A stretch of DNA of 64,000 bases from Ignavibacteriaceae bacterium. Lineage in GTDB: Bacteria; Bacteroidota; Ignavibacteria; Ignavibacteriales; Ignavibacteriaceae. The notes under the pieces were generated by a model. It was not told the DNA's origin. It searched no databases and saw nothing but the letters and a program-made list of their open reading frames with translations. Made by a program: the position numbers and the translations under genes. Positions 50,400-61,500 of the stretch are shown in pieces; the first letter of the stretch is position 1; every line of letters begins with the position of its first letter. The DNA is taken from contig OY761615.1 in NCBI GenBank assembly GCA_963664845.1, positions 1,556,219 through 1,620,218 of the forward strand, read 5' to 3'.

Positions 50400-50432
50400 C
50401 CTGAATTGAATGAGCCTATTGGTCTTGATGCA
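50400..50432 (-). promoter_or_regulatory. putative LytTR-binding motif (copy 2), 40 bp upstream of small ORF 50164-50358
   Basis: CCTGAATTGAATGagcctattggtcTTGATGC, with repeats 20 bp apart. Confidence 0.4.
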
Positions 50433-50548
50433 AAGACCTCGAATCAAGGACATCAGCGAAACAATGCAAACAAGCCATACCAAGTAAGTATTTTCAATAT
50501 TCATTACTCTAAAATAAAGTCCCTATCAGAAGATTACTTAAAAACATA

Positions 50549-50582
50549 TCTGAATTGACCAAAAATGCCAACGAAATGAACG
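50549..50582 (-). promoter_or_regulatory. putative LytTR-binding motif (copy 3)
   Basis: TCTGAATTGACCAaaaatgccaacgaAATGAACG, with repeats 21 bp apart. Confidence 0.4.
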
Positions 50583-50683
50583 TGACGAAGGGACTTTCAA
50601 TCGCTTACGCTATTCGGGCTTTCCCTGCACTGTTGTTGTAATTTTCCGCTTGTACTCATTGCAATAACCAGACAGTGATAGAG

Positions 50684-50720
50684 AAAAAAAATTCTGAGTC
50701 CCAGGCGCGGGGACTCAGAA
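50684..50720 (-). terminator. rho-independent terminator after GH13 gene 50767-54969
   Basis: A8-TTCTGAGTCCC-aggcgc-GGGACTCAGAA. On the minus strand this is a stem followed by T8. Confidence 0.75.
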
Positions 50721-50766
50721 TGACAACGTGACACTAGATATTCTTCTTGAACAAGATTCCCAAACA

Positions 50767-53700
50767 TTATTTTACGAGTAATAACTTCCTTGTTTGGGAG
50801 AATGTACCTGCATCCAATTTATAGAAATAGACACCACTGGAAAGTTGCGAAGCATCAAACAGCACTTTGTATACTCCGGCTTCTTTGCTTTCATTGACCA
50901 AGGTGGCTACTTCTTTTCCAAGAATATTATACACTTTAAGAGTTACCCGACTGCCTGTTGGTAATTGATAGCTGATAAACGTACTTGGATTAAACGGATT
51001 TGGATAATTCTGTTCCAACGCAAATGAAGCAGGAACAATTTTGTTTTCGGGTGAATTTTCAAGGCCACTTATCAGATCAACCGCCGGCAATTGCACCGTT
51101 GTGTAAAGACGGAACTCACCCGGAGGCAAGCTGATGCTCATGGCAGTATTAGAAACCGTTATACTGGTATGTGAGAAATAGTCATACCATGTTCCGGTGC
51201 TTGGGAAATTCCCGGTGATGCTCTGAGCAGTGAGACCAAAATTCCCAACGAGATTAACGCTCATTGATGGATCAATAAGAGTCACTCTTTTCAATGTGCC
51301 GCTGACGTCAACTGTATAGTTGGCGCTTCTGAAAGCGGGATAGGTTGTCTTCAAACCATTCAGGTATTTGATGGTTCTGAACAGTTTCTGACGCTGCGGA
51401 TCAGCAAAATATTCCCAGTGAAGAGGTTTGGCTCCGGCTTTCCCGTTGAATTGCAGCGAAACATCATAACCAAGTTCACCAAACTGCCAGAGCATTTTGG
51501 GTCCGGGAATGGTCAGCAGGAATGCTGCACAAAGCTTAACTCTGTCTAAAGCTGTACTTAATGTTTTTGTATTGTAGGTTCCGCTGGACCCACCGGATTG
51601 AAGGATATTATACATTAATCGTTCTTCATCGTGGCTTTCCATATAGTCAATTGCGTTAGGCGCTCCAAAGCCTCGAGCCTTGTAAGAACCCCACGTCAGG
51701 TCCATGGGTGATGCTCCCTCAGCAGCCTTAGCAAAATTATCGGATAGTTTGTCCCACACCATAAGATTTGCATTGGAAAGTGCGACCTCTTCAGTATTAT
51801 CGGCAAAATGCTCAAGAATGACATAGGCAGAGGTATCCACACTCCACATAACATTGGCAATTCTTTTCAAATTGTCGATTCTGGATTGGTCATACGCATT
51901 AAATGAAGCATCGTCCGAAGAACTGGTTTGCGTATACCCTTTTGACAAGTCAAAACGGTAGCCGTCAAATTTATATTCCGTCAGCCAGTATTTCACAAAT
52001 CTGTCTACCCAGTAGCGGGTTGCTGTACTGTTATGGTTCAAATCATTATAAACGCTGTAAGGGTGTGTTGCAGTAACATTTAAATAGGGATTTGTTCCAG
52101 CCGGGACATTATCGCCGGCATTCCACCATAATCGGGCCAAAGGTGAATTGCCTGTCTGCTGATTCAACACGGCATCCAGAATCACCGCAATTCCATTCTG
52201 ATGACATTTATCAATAAAGGTCTTCAGTTCATTTTTCGTACCGTAATATTTATCTGGTGCAAACATGAAGTCTGGATTATAGCCCCAACTGTCATTCATG
52301 TCGAATTCGGTTATAGGCATCAGTTCAATTGCAGTGATGCCAAGGTTTTTGAAATAGCCAATCGTATCAATCAAGGTTTTGTAAGAGTGCGTTGACACAA
52401 AATCTCTCATGAATAATTCATAGATGATCAGGTTATCTTTTGGTGGCCGTTTATAACCCGTTGTTTGCCAGACGAAAGGCGTTTGCGCCGTTTGCAATAT
52501 CGAAACCATCTGAGTAGTCAACCCACGTGGATATTGTTTCAATCCAGGATAGGTTTCGGCATTGATGGTGGTATCAAATACAGGGTCCAGCACTTTGTCA
52601 GCATACGGATCGGCCACATTCAGATTACCGTCAACAAGATATTGGAATCCATATTCGGTTCCCGGCGTAAGGTTATCGATCTGTACCCAATAGCGTAATC
52701 CATCGGGAGTGACTTTCATATAGTAAACGGGATCAACCTGCCAATTATTGAAATCGCCGATCACGTAGGCATAGTTCTTATAAGGGGCATACAAGCTCAG
52801 TGCCACGGATGTTGGGCTGAGATAGTTTATCCCATCTACGACTCCATCAGGAAGAGCCTGCCTGGTAACCGGAGGTCTGACGACTATATAGAAGGAATCG
52901 GTCTTAGTTGCGGAACCATTAGTCGCAACCGCCTTTATCCAGATTTTGCCATAATCTGAACATGTGTAGGTATAATCGATGGAAGTGCCGGCAGTTTCCG
53001 TGAGCAGTGTATTATTAGCATACAGTGCGAGCCGGGTGGAATTTGCCGAAGCAACACTTATCTGCTGAACCTCATTTAAGTTCTTTATTATCGGGAAAGT
53101 TGTCGGGGCAGTGAACAAAACATTCAACCCGGAGGCCGACACAGTTATGAAAATATCAGCGGCTCCCACATCTTTGCCTTCCAAATAAGGCGAAGAGGCG
53201 CTTCTGAACACAAATGACAACCGCTGAATTTGTTCAGCAGCGGCAACACCATAATAAGCACGAACTGTCGGGCCGATAACCAGTTTATACAGATCTGTAC
53301 CAATACGCGTCAGTTTTGTATCGGGAGTGTTCGTACCCCAAACTGTTTTCACGTATTTCCAGTCTGCAGTGTTTTTGCTGAGATTTGTGAGCACACCAGT
53401 GTGGGCATAGACATCACCCGTGTAACCTTTAAGACCGGCGGTTCCCTGAGTAGCATCAAAGATAATAGTGACTTCATCTGATTCAGTTATAATACTGGGA
53501 GTCCATTTAAGTATCGTTGACGCAGGAGCGGCTACAGTTCCAGTGCAGAGTACGGTAGCTTTTGCATTGCCGACTGAATTAATAATTTTCTCATCGCTAT
53601 ATACCGCCGCTGATAAGCCGGCTTTTAAGCGGACAAATACTTTTGTCTGACTTAAGACTGCTGAAGTATACGGGATTGAAATTGAAGTTCCTGGAAAAGT

Positions 53701-54969
53701 GACACTATCCGATGAAACTTCAAAATCGGCTGAAGCGCTCACGGTAATTGTGCCCGGATAACCAATTAAATTTTCACCACTTAACAGATAACTTTTAATT
53801 GAGGAAGGGCCGGCACCGGCTGTATAAGCAAACCCCATTAGGGAACCGGGAGATACCGTTAAAGCCGGTAACGGATTTAACGTGACGATCCCATTACAGG
53901 TAACCTTAACCGCAGCGATACCGCCACCTGCATTGGCAATTAACTCATTATTATATTCACCGTCCGGAAGCCCGGTTTTAAGCCTGACATACACTTTTAC
54001 AGGATTCAAGGTTTCTGAAGTAAATGGGATTAAAACTGAGGAAGAGGAAAAACTCAAGCTATCAATCGAAACTTCATAGTTGGTCGAGGCCGTAACCGTA
54101 ATGTTTCCCGGGAAGCCAGACAAAACAACGCCCTTTAATTCATAGCTTTGTATAGCTGATGGACCGTGACCGACCACATAGGTGAAATCATTGAGCGCAG
54201 ACGGAGTTACGGTAAGGGTTGGTGTTGAATTTACAATGGAATAACTGTTGCCCGAAGTTGCATTTATTGTTGCCGGGTTACAATTGTCTGCCGTCAAGCC
54301 GGTTACTCCGGAACTGAAGCAGTAGTAATAGACAGTCGTTCCGCCGGGCTGACCGGGAATTGAAGCAGTATAACTTGATCCACTGCCCGTCATTTGTGTA
54401 ACCGTTGAGGTTGCGTACGAACTTGAAGTTGACCAGCGCAAATAAATTGCCTGATTAGTAACTGTAGCACCGCTCATGGTAGCAGTAACAGTAACAGCTA
54501 CATTTTCAGCCGGTGCAGAGTTTGATGCGGAAGCAATAGCCGGAGGAGGAGTTGGAAACTCAAAAATGTAACCTTTTGAGTTTTGTCCGGAAGCGACATC
54601 AGCAATAGTGAATATGTATTTTCTTCCGGCAGTAACCACCCAGTGTACATCCGCAGTATTGACTTGATAGTTAATAACGGTATTTACAGGGACGGTCACG
54701 TTTTTGCCGCCCCAGTAGGTGCCGGCTGTTTTTTTTGTACCGCTAATACTACACGTTAAATTGTAATTATATGACCCGGTACCATTTTGGGGAGGAGAAA
54801 CCCATGTATAGTCGTTTCCGCTCCCGTTGGGAAGTGCAATACTCGTCATTACAGGCGGAGCCGAGAACAACCCGCCCTGGCAGAACATACTGGGCTGTTG
54901 AGGTTGTGAATAAACCGCGACGGATAGAGCAATAACCGCAAGTAGAGAAAAGAAGAAGCTTCTTATCAT
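50767..54969 (-). CDS. GH13-family glycoside hydrolase (alpha-amylase/pullulanase-like) with T9SS C-terminal sorting domain
   Basis: 1400 aa with a signal peptide. GH13 regions LDAVLNQ, DGYRFDLSKGY, ILEHF, YMESHDEERL. C-terminal NYPNPFNPSTFISYQL...VYFYKLDAG...LLLVK is a Por/T9SS CTD. The N-terminal module is shared with three neighbours. Confidence 0.8.
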   Translation of the reverse strand: MIRSFFFSLLAVIALSVAVYSQPQQPSMFCQGGLFSAPPVMTSIALPNGSGNDYTWVSPPQNGTGSYNYNLTCSISGTKKTAGTYWGGKNVTVPVNTVINYQVNTADVHWVVTAGRKYIFTIADVASGQNSKGYIFEFPTPPPAIASASNSAPAENVAVTVTATMSGATVTNQAIYLRWSTSSSYATSTVTQMTGSGSSYTASIPGQPGGTTVYYYCFSSGVTGLTADNCNPATINATSGNSYSIVNSTPTLTVTPSALNDFTYVVGHGPSAIQSYELKGVVLSGFPGNITVTASTNYEVSIDSLSFSSSSVLIPFTSETLNPVKVYVRLKTGLPDGEYNNELIANAGGGIAAVKVTCNGIVTLNPLPALTVSPGSLMGFAYTAGAGPSSIKSYLLSGENLIGYPGTITVSASADFEVSSDSVTFPGTSISIPYTSAVLSQTKVFVRLKAGLSAAVYSDEKIINSVGNAKATVLCTGTVAAPASTILKWTPSIITESDEVTIIFDATQGTAGLKGYTGDVYAHTGVLTNLSKNTADWKYVKTVWGTNTPDTKLTRIGTDLYKLVIGPTVRAYYGVAAAEQIQRLSFVFRSASSPYLEGKDVGAADIFITVSASGLNVLFTAPTTFPIIKNLNEVQQISVASANSTRLALYANNTLLTETAGTSIDYTYTCSDYGKIWIKAVATNGSATKTDSFYIVVRPPVTRQALPDGVVDGINYLSPTSVALSLYAPYKNYAYVIGDFNNWQVDPVYYMKVTPDGLRYWVQIDNLTPGTEYGFQYLVDGNLNVADPYADKVLDPVFDTTINAETYPGLKQYPRGLTTQMVSILQTAQTPFVWQTTGYKRPPKDNLIIYELFMRDFVSTHSYKTLIDTIGYFKNLGITAIELMPITEFDMNDSWGYNPDFMFAPDKYYGTKNELKTFIDKCHQNGIAVILDAVLNQQTGNSPLARLWWNAGDNVPAGTNPYLNVTATHPYSVYNDLNHNSTATRYWVDRFVKYWLTEYKFDGYRFDLSKGYTQTSSSDDASFNAYDQSRIDNLKRIANVMWSVDTSAYVILEHFADNTEEVALSNANLMVWDKLSDNFAKAAEGASPMDLTWGSYKARGFGAPNAIDYMESHDEERLMYNILQSGGSSGTYNTKTLSTALDRVKLCAAFLLTIPGPKMLWQFGELGYDVSLQFNGKAGAKPLHWEYFADPQRQKLFRTIKYLNGLKTTYPAFRSANYTVDVSGTLKRVTLIDPSMSVNLVGNFGLTAQSITGNFPSTGTWYDYFSHTSITVSNTAMSISLPPGEFRLYTTVQLPAVDLISGLENSPENKIVPASFALEQNYPNPFNPSTFISYQLPTGSRVTLKVYNILGKEVATLVNESKEAGVYKVLFDASQLSSGVYFYKLDAGTFSQTRKLLLVK

Positions 54970-55120
54970 ATCTATTCCTGATTTTTAGTTTATTGAATTA
55001 AAAATTTTACTGTCATTATGAATAAAACCGAGCCATTGTATTGTCAACGTAATCTATGACCCCGGCTGTTCAGCCGGGGTCACATAAGAGCATTTAACAG
55101 ACCATTGCAGGCTAACAGAG

Positions 55121-58100
55121 TTATTTGAGTAACAGCATTTTCCTTGTTTGTGACCAGACACCAGCTTCCAACTTGTAGAAGTAGATGCCGCTGTATAAAT
55201 TTACACCATTGAAGGTGACCTCATGAACGCCTGCACTCTGACGAGCATTCTCCAGAATCCGGACCGTCTGTCCCAAAGTGTTATAAACGGTGATTTTAAC
55301 GTCTGATGCAGCAGGAAGTGCATAGGTGATAACCGTGCTGGGATTAAAAGGATTGGGGAAGTTCTGTGCCAACACGTAGGAGCCAATTGCGGCAATTTTT
55401 TCATCGGGGCCTGTTCCGGTAATCAGATCAGCTTTTAGTATTGCCGTCCCTTGGGGTGCAATAGAAACTGATGGCGTTAACGTCATCGATCCATCACTGA
55501 GGATATTGAATTGACCTGCAGTCTGGTTAGTTACCAAGTCAATTAATGTATACGTCCCGGGCCGGCACCCACTGAGTGAACTTCCTGAGTAGCTGATGGT
55601 TGGATTGGAAACAGTTGCCGCAGTAAAATTATGAATTGGTATAATCAGTTCCTGATTAGAGTCATTATTATAGCACCTTCCAAACGCATATATATTTGTG
55701 TTGGTACCGGACATTTGAAGATAGGCACCTCTTCGCAACGAAGGATGTTGTTCTCTTATCCTGATAAGTTTTTTGTACCAGTTTAAGATTGAAGTGCTGT
55801 CCGCATTCATCGTCTGGACATTGTGGGTAGTATAGTTTGAACCAACCGCTTCCCAGGGATTGCCAGTCGTAAAACCCGCATTAGAACCATTTGTCCACTG
55901 CATGGGCGTTCTTCTTGAAGGATCGTCGCTTCCGCTTGCCATAGCGAGTTCTTCGCCGTAATAAAGGAAGGGAACGCCCGGGAACGTCAACAGCAGCGAT
56001 GCGGCCAATTTAGAGTTATTCAAGTTACTGTTGAGTTGTGAGTATATCCTTGTCTGATCGTGATTAGTGAGGAAAGTGGCATACTGAAGAAAGGGATAAC
56101 TCTTGGTAACAACATTGTTCATATGATCCCTGATGCCACTGGGATTTCCTGCGATAATCGAGCTGATAATATTAGTAGCAGCATCAAATTCGAAACAGAT
56201 ATCGAGTCCGGTACCGTCAACGTAAGGGATAACTTCCGAAGTTTTAGTCCACACTTCACCCACGGTCATTGCATTTGGGTTTTCCCCTTTATAGTGATTC
56301 CTGAATTCCCGCCAGTAGCTCAAATTTGAAGGTGCGTCTGCAATAATAGTGCTGTCCTCAACAAGATACCTTGCACCGTCGAGTCTGAAACCGTCAACCT
56401 TCATGGTGTCTAACCAGAAATCCACAATTCCGGCAACCTCGCTCTTAACTTTAGGATTTTTGTAATTCAGATCCGGCATTGTATTGGTGAACACACCGTA
56501 ATAATAACTGCCACCGGAACCGAACCAAACAGTTTCACCCCAAGGCCCCTTGAACCCCGGATTGGTGCTTTTCCAGATATACCAATCTCTGTAGGTGGCA
56601 CTGGAGCTTGTCTTTGAATTTTGAAACCATGGATGCTGATCGGAAGTGTGATTAAGCACCAGATCAATGACTACTTTTATTCCGCGTGCATGAGCACTGT
56701 CAAGAAAAGTCTTGAATGTTGCATTGGTTCCGTAATCCTGTTCAATCGTTTTATAGTCTGTTACGTCGTATCCATGATAGCTGGGAGATTGCATAATAGG
56801 CATAAGCCATAATGCCGTTACACCAAGATCGTTCTTGGTTAAAGGATTTCCTGAATTAAGATAATCCAATTTCTGCATCAGTCCGGTGAAATCACCCACG
56901 CCATTTCCGTTTGCATCAAAGAAACTTCTGACAAATACCTGATAGAACACCTGATCATTCCACCAATAGGTTTGATTCTTCGCGCCAGCGGGGATTACGT
57001 TCCCTGAGCAGCTTACGTTTACTGTTTCAGCGCCACCACCGGAATTGGAAATCAACTCGGTATTATAGGACCCTGCAGATAAACCGGCTTTAAGTCTGAC
57101 ATATACTGTTGTAGGATTCAATACTCTTGAGGTATATGGAATAGTGAGTGAACCTCCGGGAAATACTGAATTGTTGAGAGAAACCTCGAAGTCTGCGGGA
57201 GCGGTCACTGTGATATTCCCTGGATATCCGGTTAAATAGTTGCCGCTAATGGAAAAGTGTTGGGTGATCGATGGTCCTGAACCGGCAAAATAGCTGAAGC
57301 CAGTCAGCGAGGGAGTGGTAACAGCCAATGCCGGTGTGCTTGAAGTGACTGTTCCACTGCAGGAAACACTTGCATTTGCACCACCGCCCGTAATGGAAAT
57401 TGCTTCAGAAGAATAAGCAGCAAGCGGCAACCCGGCTTTCAACCTTACATAAACCACAGTCGTATCCAAAACAGAAGAAGTGTAGGGAACAGAGAGACTG
57501 CTTCCTGAATAGTTTTGACCATCAAGAGATATCTCAAAATCCTTTGGCGCGGTAAGAGTGATATTACCGGGATAGCCGGTCAACAATACTCCGAAAAATG
57601 AAAAGCTTTGAGATTCCGACGGCCCGAAAGAATAACCATAGGTGAAACCGCTTAATCCCGTTGCTGTTGTAATAAGGGTTGGAGTTGTGCCGTTTACCGT
57701 ATAGCTGGTACCGGTAGTTGCATTTATGGTTGCAGGGTTACAGGTAGCCGGAGTCAATTCGGTGGTTCCGGAACTGAAACAGTAATAATAAACTTTTGTA
57801 CTACCCGGCTGTCCGGGGATTGATGCAGTGCAGGTAGTTCCGTTGACCGTCATTTGGGTGACTGTTGATGTTGCATAGCTGCTTGAATTTGACCAGCGAA
57901 CAAAAACGCTCTGATTGGTGACTAAAGGCCCGCTTAAAGAAGCAGTGATAGTAACGGGAGCGTTTTCAACGGCAATCGAGTTGGAAGCGGCTGTAATGGT
58001 CGCGGGAGTATTTCCGAATTCAAAAATATATCCAAGTGAGTTCGTCCCGCTTGCAACATCTTTCAAGGTAAAGACATATTTTCTTCCGGCTACTACATTC

Positions 58101-58432
58101 CAATGCGCATCGGCAGTGCTAACCAGAAAATTTATGCCCGAATTAACCAACACAGTAGAATTATTAGTTCCCCAATAGGTTCCTGCTGAATTACTACTGC
58201 TGCTTATGCTGTAAGTTAAATTATAATTATAGGATCCGGTGCCATTCACGGCAGGAGAGATCCATATATAGTCATTTCCGCTTCCATTTGGAAGCGCAAT
58301 ATTATTCATCGAAACAACACCACTTGAGAACAATCCGCCTTTGCAGTACATGTTTGCCTGTTTAGGCTGCGAATAGAGCGAGACAGAAATCAGGAAAACC
58401 GCCATGAGAACGAGGGAACCTTTTTTAACCAT
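55121..58432 (-). CDS. GH13 alpha-amylase with T9SS C-terminal sorting domain
   Basis: 1103 aa. GH13 regions I-IV: VIDLVLNHTSDQ, DGFRLDGARYL, GEVWT, FLTNHDQTR. CTD NFPNPFNPSTVITYAL...IYFYKLEAG...LLLK. Confidence 0.85.
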   Translation of the reverse strand: MVKKGSLVLMAVFLISVSLYSQPKQANMYCKGGLFSSGVVSMNNIALPNGSGNDYIWISPAVNGTGSYNYNLTYSISSSSNSAGTYWGTNNSTVLVNSGINFLVSTADAHWNVVAGRKYVFTLKDVASGTNSLGYIFEFGNTPATITAASNSIAVENAPVTITASLSGPLVTNQSVFVRWSNSSSYATSTVTQMTVNGTTCTASIPGQPGSTKVYYYCFSSGTTELTPATCNPATINATTGTSYTVNGTTPTLITTATGLSGFTYGYSFGPSESQSFSFFGVLLTGYPGNITLTAPKDFEISLDGQNYSGSSLSVPYTSSVLDTTVVYVRLKAGLPLAAYSSEAISITGGGANASVSCSGTVTSSTPALAVTTPSLTGFSYFAGSGPSITQHFSISGNYLTGYPGNITVTAPADFEVSLNNSVFPGGSLTIPYTSRVLNPTTVYVRLKAGLSAGSYNTELISNSGGGAETVNVSCSGNVIPAGAKNQTYWWNDQVFYQVFVRSFFDANGNGVGDFTGLMQKLDYLNSGNPLTKNDLGVTALWLMPIMQSPSYHGYDVTDYKTIEQDYGTNATFKTFLDSAHARGIKVVIDLVLNHTSDQHPWFQNSKTSSSATYRDWYIWKSTNPGFKGPWGETVWFGSGGSYYYGVFTNTMPDLNYKNPKVKSEVAGIVDFWLDTMKVDGFRLDGARYLVEDSTIIADAPSNLSYWREFRNHYKGENPNAMTVGEVWTKTSEVIPYVDGTGLDICFEFDAATNIISSIIAGNPSGIRDHMNNVVTKSYPFLQYATFLTNHDQTRIYSQLNSNLNNSKLAASLLLTFPGVPFLYYGEELAMASGSDDPSRRTPMQWTNGSNAGFTTGNPWEAVGSNYTTHNVQTMNADSTSILNWYKKLIRIREQHPSLRRGAYLQMSGTNTNIYAFGRCYNNDSNQELIIPIHNFTAATVSNPTISYSGSSLSGCRPGTYTLIDLVTNQTAGQFNILSDGSMTLTPSVSIAPQGTAILKADLITGTGPDEKIAAIGSYVLAQNFPNPFNPSTVITYALPAASDVKITVYNTLGQTVRILENARQSAGVHEVTFNGVNLYSGIYFYKLEAGVWSQTRKMLLLK

Positions 58433-58500
58433 AACTATTCCTTTTCTTTATTTAATGAACTTCATAATACAGAATCATTCCCTTCGGGCAATTCAACAGC

Positions 58501-61500
58501 CTATTTTAAGAAAATCATCTTTTTAATTTCGGAGTAAGGACCTGCTTCCAATTTATAAAAGTAGGTTCCACTTGAAAGACCGGCTCCATTTATGTTGACC
58601 GAATAATAGCCTGCATCTTTGTTCTCGTCCACAAGCGTTTTAATAAGCTGACCTGTTACGGCATATAACCCAATGGTCACTCTTCCGGCCACGGGAATCT
58701 GGTATGTTATTGCAGTGGTTGGATTAAATGGATTTGGGTAATTCTGAGCGAGCCCAAAATTTTGCGGTGAAGCAACCACAGTTTGCACTTCCGCACTGTA
58801 TGAATACATTCCGTCATTATCAATCATTTTGAGACGGTAAACATATGTCCCGGCTTTAAGCATACGATCGGTGAAGGAATAATGTCTAGGTGAATTGCTG
58901 TTCCCTGCTCCATTAACTTCACCCTGCTTATGCCATATGTCGGTACCGGCTGCTTTCTTTTCTATTTCAAATCGTGCGCTGTTGAACTCCGATGCAGTTT
59001 TCCAATTTAAAACTATTTGTTTTTCGCTCTGTGCAGCTGAAAATGCAGCAAGTTCGACAGGCAACGGATTATCTGCGCCGGCAAGAGTAAAATCGGAGAA
59101 GCCTGAAGTTGCAAAAACAACCGAACGTGCGCTGCCATCAACAGGACCGGCCAACAAGTACCAGGATGCTCCATCATCATCGCTTTTCCAGACGTACATA
59201 GTTGCAAGCGTTGCGCTATTATCGTCATCGGAGACCCATGCAAAGGTAATACTGACATCCGATGAGGGCTGAGTAGCAGGTGTAATTTTCCATCTGCGTT
59301 TTATGCTTGAGCTGCCTTCGAACGTTACCAAACCGCCTGCGCCACTAATACGTGTGATAGTAGTTGCCCCCAAGTTGTTCCCATTTGGCTCTATCGATAT
59401 TCCAAGCCCGGCAATGTTCGCGGCACCTGTAGTAATGGTTGACGTTGCAGATACTGCCCCAATTATGTAATTCCCGGATGTTTCACCAGTCACTGTTCCA
59501 GTAGTTCCAAGCGAGAGCACCTGGCCCGGCGAGACAGTGAGGCTGCCACTTGCCAGAGTAATTGTGCCATTAATGGAGAGTGAGCCGGTTGATACTCCGC
59601 CTGCGTTATTAATAACTAAATTGGAGAAGTTTGCTCCACCGGTAATTGTTTGAGTTGTGGTTCCATTAAACGTAATGGTTTTAGCATTGTTGGTTTGTGC
59701 GCCGGCTATCGTCCAGTTCCCCTTCACTTTTACCTCGCCGCCCAAACTGATAGCACCATTGATAACCACGTTTCCAAGTATGGTCAACGTATTGCTTGTA
59801 GTGTTTAATGTACTGCCGGCGTCGATGGTTAAACTTCCTGTGCACTGTGCAGCAGTGGCGCCCATGCTTATTGTTGAATTATTGCTGAGCACCACATTAT
59901 TGGGATAACCTGTTCCACTGGTATTTGCCGTCCACTCATTGCCGCGTGTTTTGGAACTGCCCTGATTATAGATCAGAGTTGAAGCTGCACCGAACGTGGG
60001 TGAATTCGTAAAACTTCCGCCTGCATTTATCTGACACGTGCCGTTAAGATTTAGGACAGTTGAGCTTAATGAGACCGGGCCCGAAGTCTGAAATGTCCCG
60101 GTAACAGTTAAAGTACCTCCTGTTTGAATACTCACCCCACCGGCCCCCTTTATGTTAACGTTGGGAGGAGAGGCCACATAGCCCGTGTTGTTGTTCCATG
60201 CCGAATTGTTGCTGTACAATGCTATCTGCGATGAACCATTAACCGCCAACGTAGCGTTTGGGCCATAGGTGAAACATGCGTTGGCGCCGGATGAATAGGT
60301 GCCACCCGAGGCATCAATCTGGAATGTTCCATTGATCGTTACCAGACATCCCGGCTCAAAGTGGTGCGTCTGCGATGAGGTAGTGAACGTTGCTCCTGCA
60401 TCAACAAGCCAGATGGCACCGGATACTACATCAATATACTGTGAAGCGGTAACCGTGCCCGCGGTGTTGCTTATCTGCATCACTCCCCCACTTGCAAGCT
60501 GGGGTAAACCATTTCCCGTTACCTGAGCCACTGTTCCATTATAAACATATTTTCCGGCTGCATTATAGGTTCTGGAGCCCGTGGTCTGGATATTGCCGCT
60601 TGCCGTGCTGCCGCTGGTTATGCCGGTTGCACTGCCTATCTTCAACGTACCGCCGCTGTTAAGGTTAAATATCCCTCCTGTACCGGATACGATGTAGCTG
60701 TTGCAATTTAGTGTACCCCCATTTTTAACATTGATGCTTCCCGTCAGCGTTACGTTCGAGCCAAGCGTAACAGTCGCATTGCTCATTATATCAACATTGG
60801 TCGCTGTCAACGTAAAAGGGACTGAGAAGTTCACTGCTGTGGTTCCGTCACCCACCTGAATCTTCGTCGTGGCACCACTTACAGTCCAGGTGCCGCCAAT
60901 TGCCGGAGCAGGGTTATTCTTAATGACAAAGGTCAAACCATCTGACGTAAAACCAAGTGGTGCATTCCCTGTGCCGTCCTGATTGGCTCCCCAGCTTGAA
61001 AGATCATCAAGGTTCCCGGTTGCTTTGGAATAATAGGTTGACACGGTTGTGGTTGCTGAGGTTTGCGGGGAACCTACCAGATTGTAGAGAATATTCGCTC
61101 CAGAATTGGTATAGGAGTATATAGTAAAGTAATAGGTCGTTCCCTGGCTGAGGCCCGTAATATCTGCGACCTGCACTCCCTGGGCTACATTCTTGTCCAG
61201 TCCGCCATCCGGAACTGCCGTACCATTCGTGGGTGCGGCTATACTGCCATACCCTGCCGCACTTCCCCGGATCAGATAACCGTCAGGAGCAGGAGAGCCA
61301 CTGCCATCATCTGTCCATACGAAATGAATTGCCGTGGCAGAGGGAGAGCCGTTGGAAGCAGTGAAGCCTGTTGCCTGATTTGAGGGAGCGTACTTCAATA
61401 CTGTTCCCGTACACGGAACATCCCGTGATGTTCCGCCGCCAACATTGGTTACACTTTCATTATAATTTCCTTGAGCCAGGCCGGCTTTCAATCGTACATA

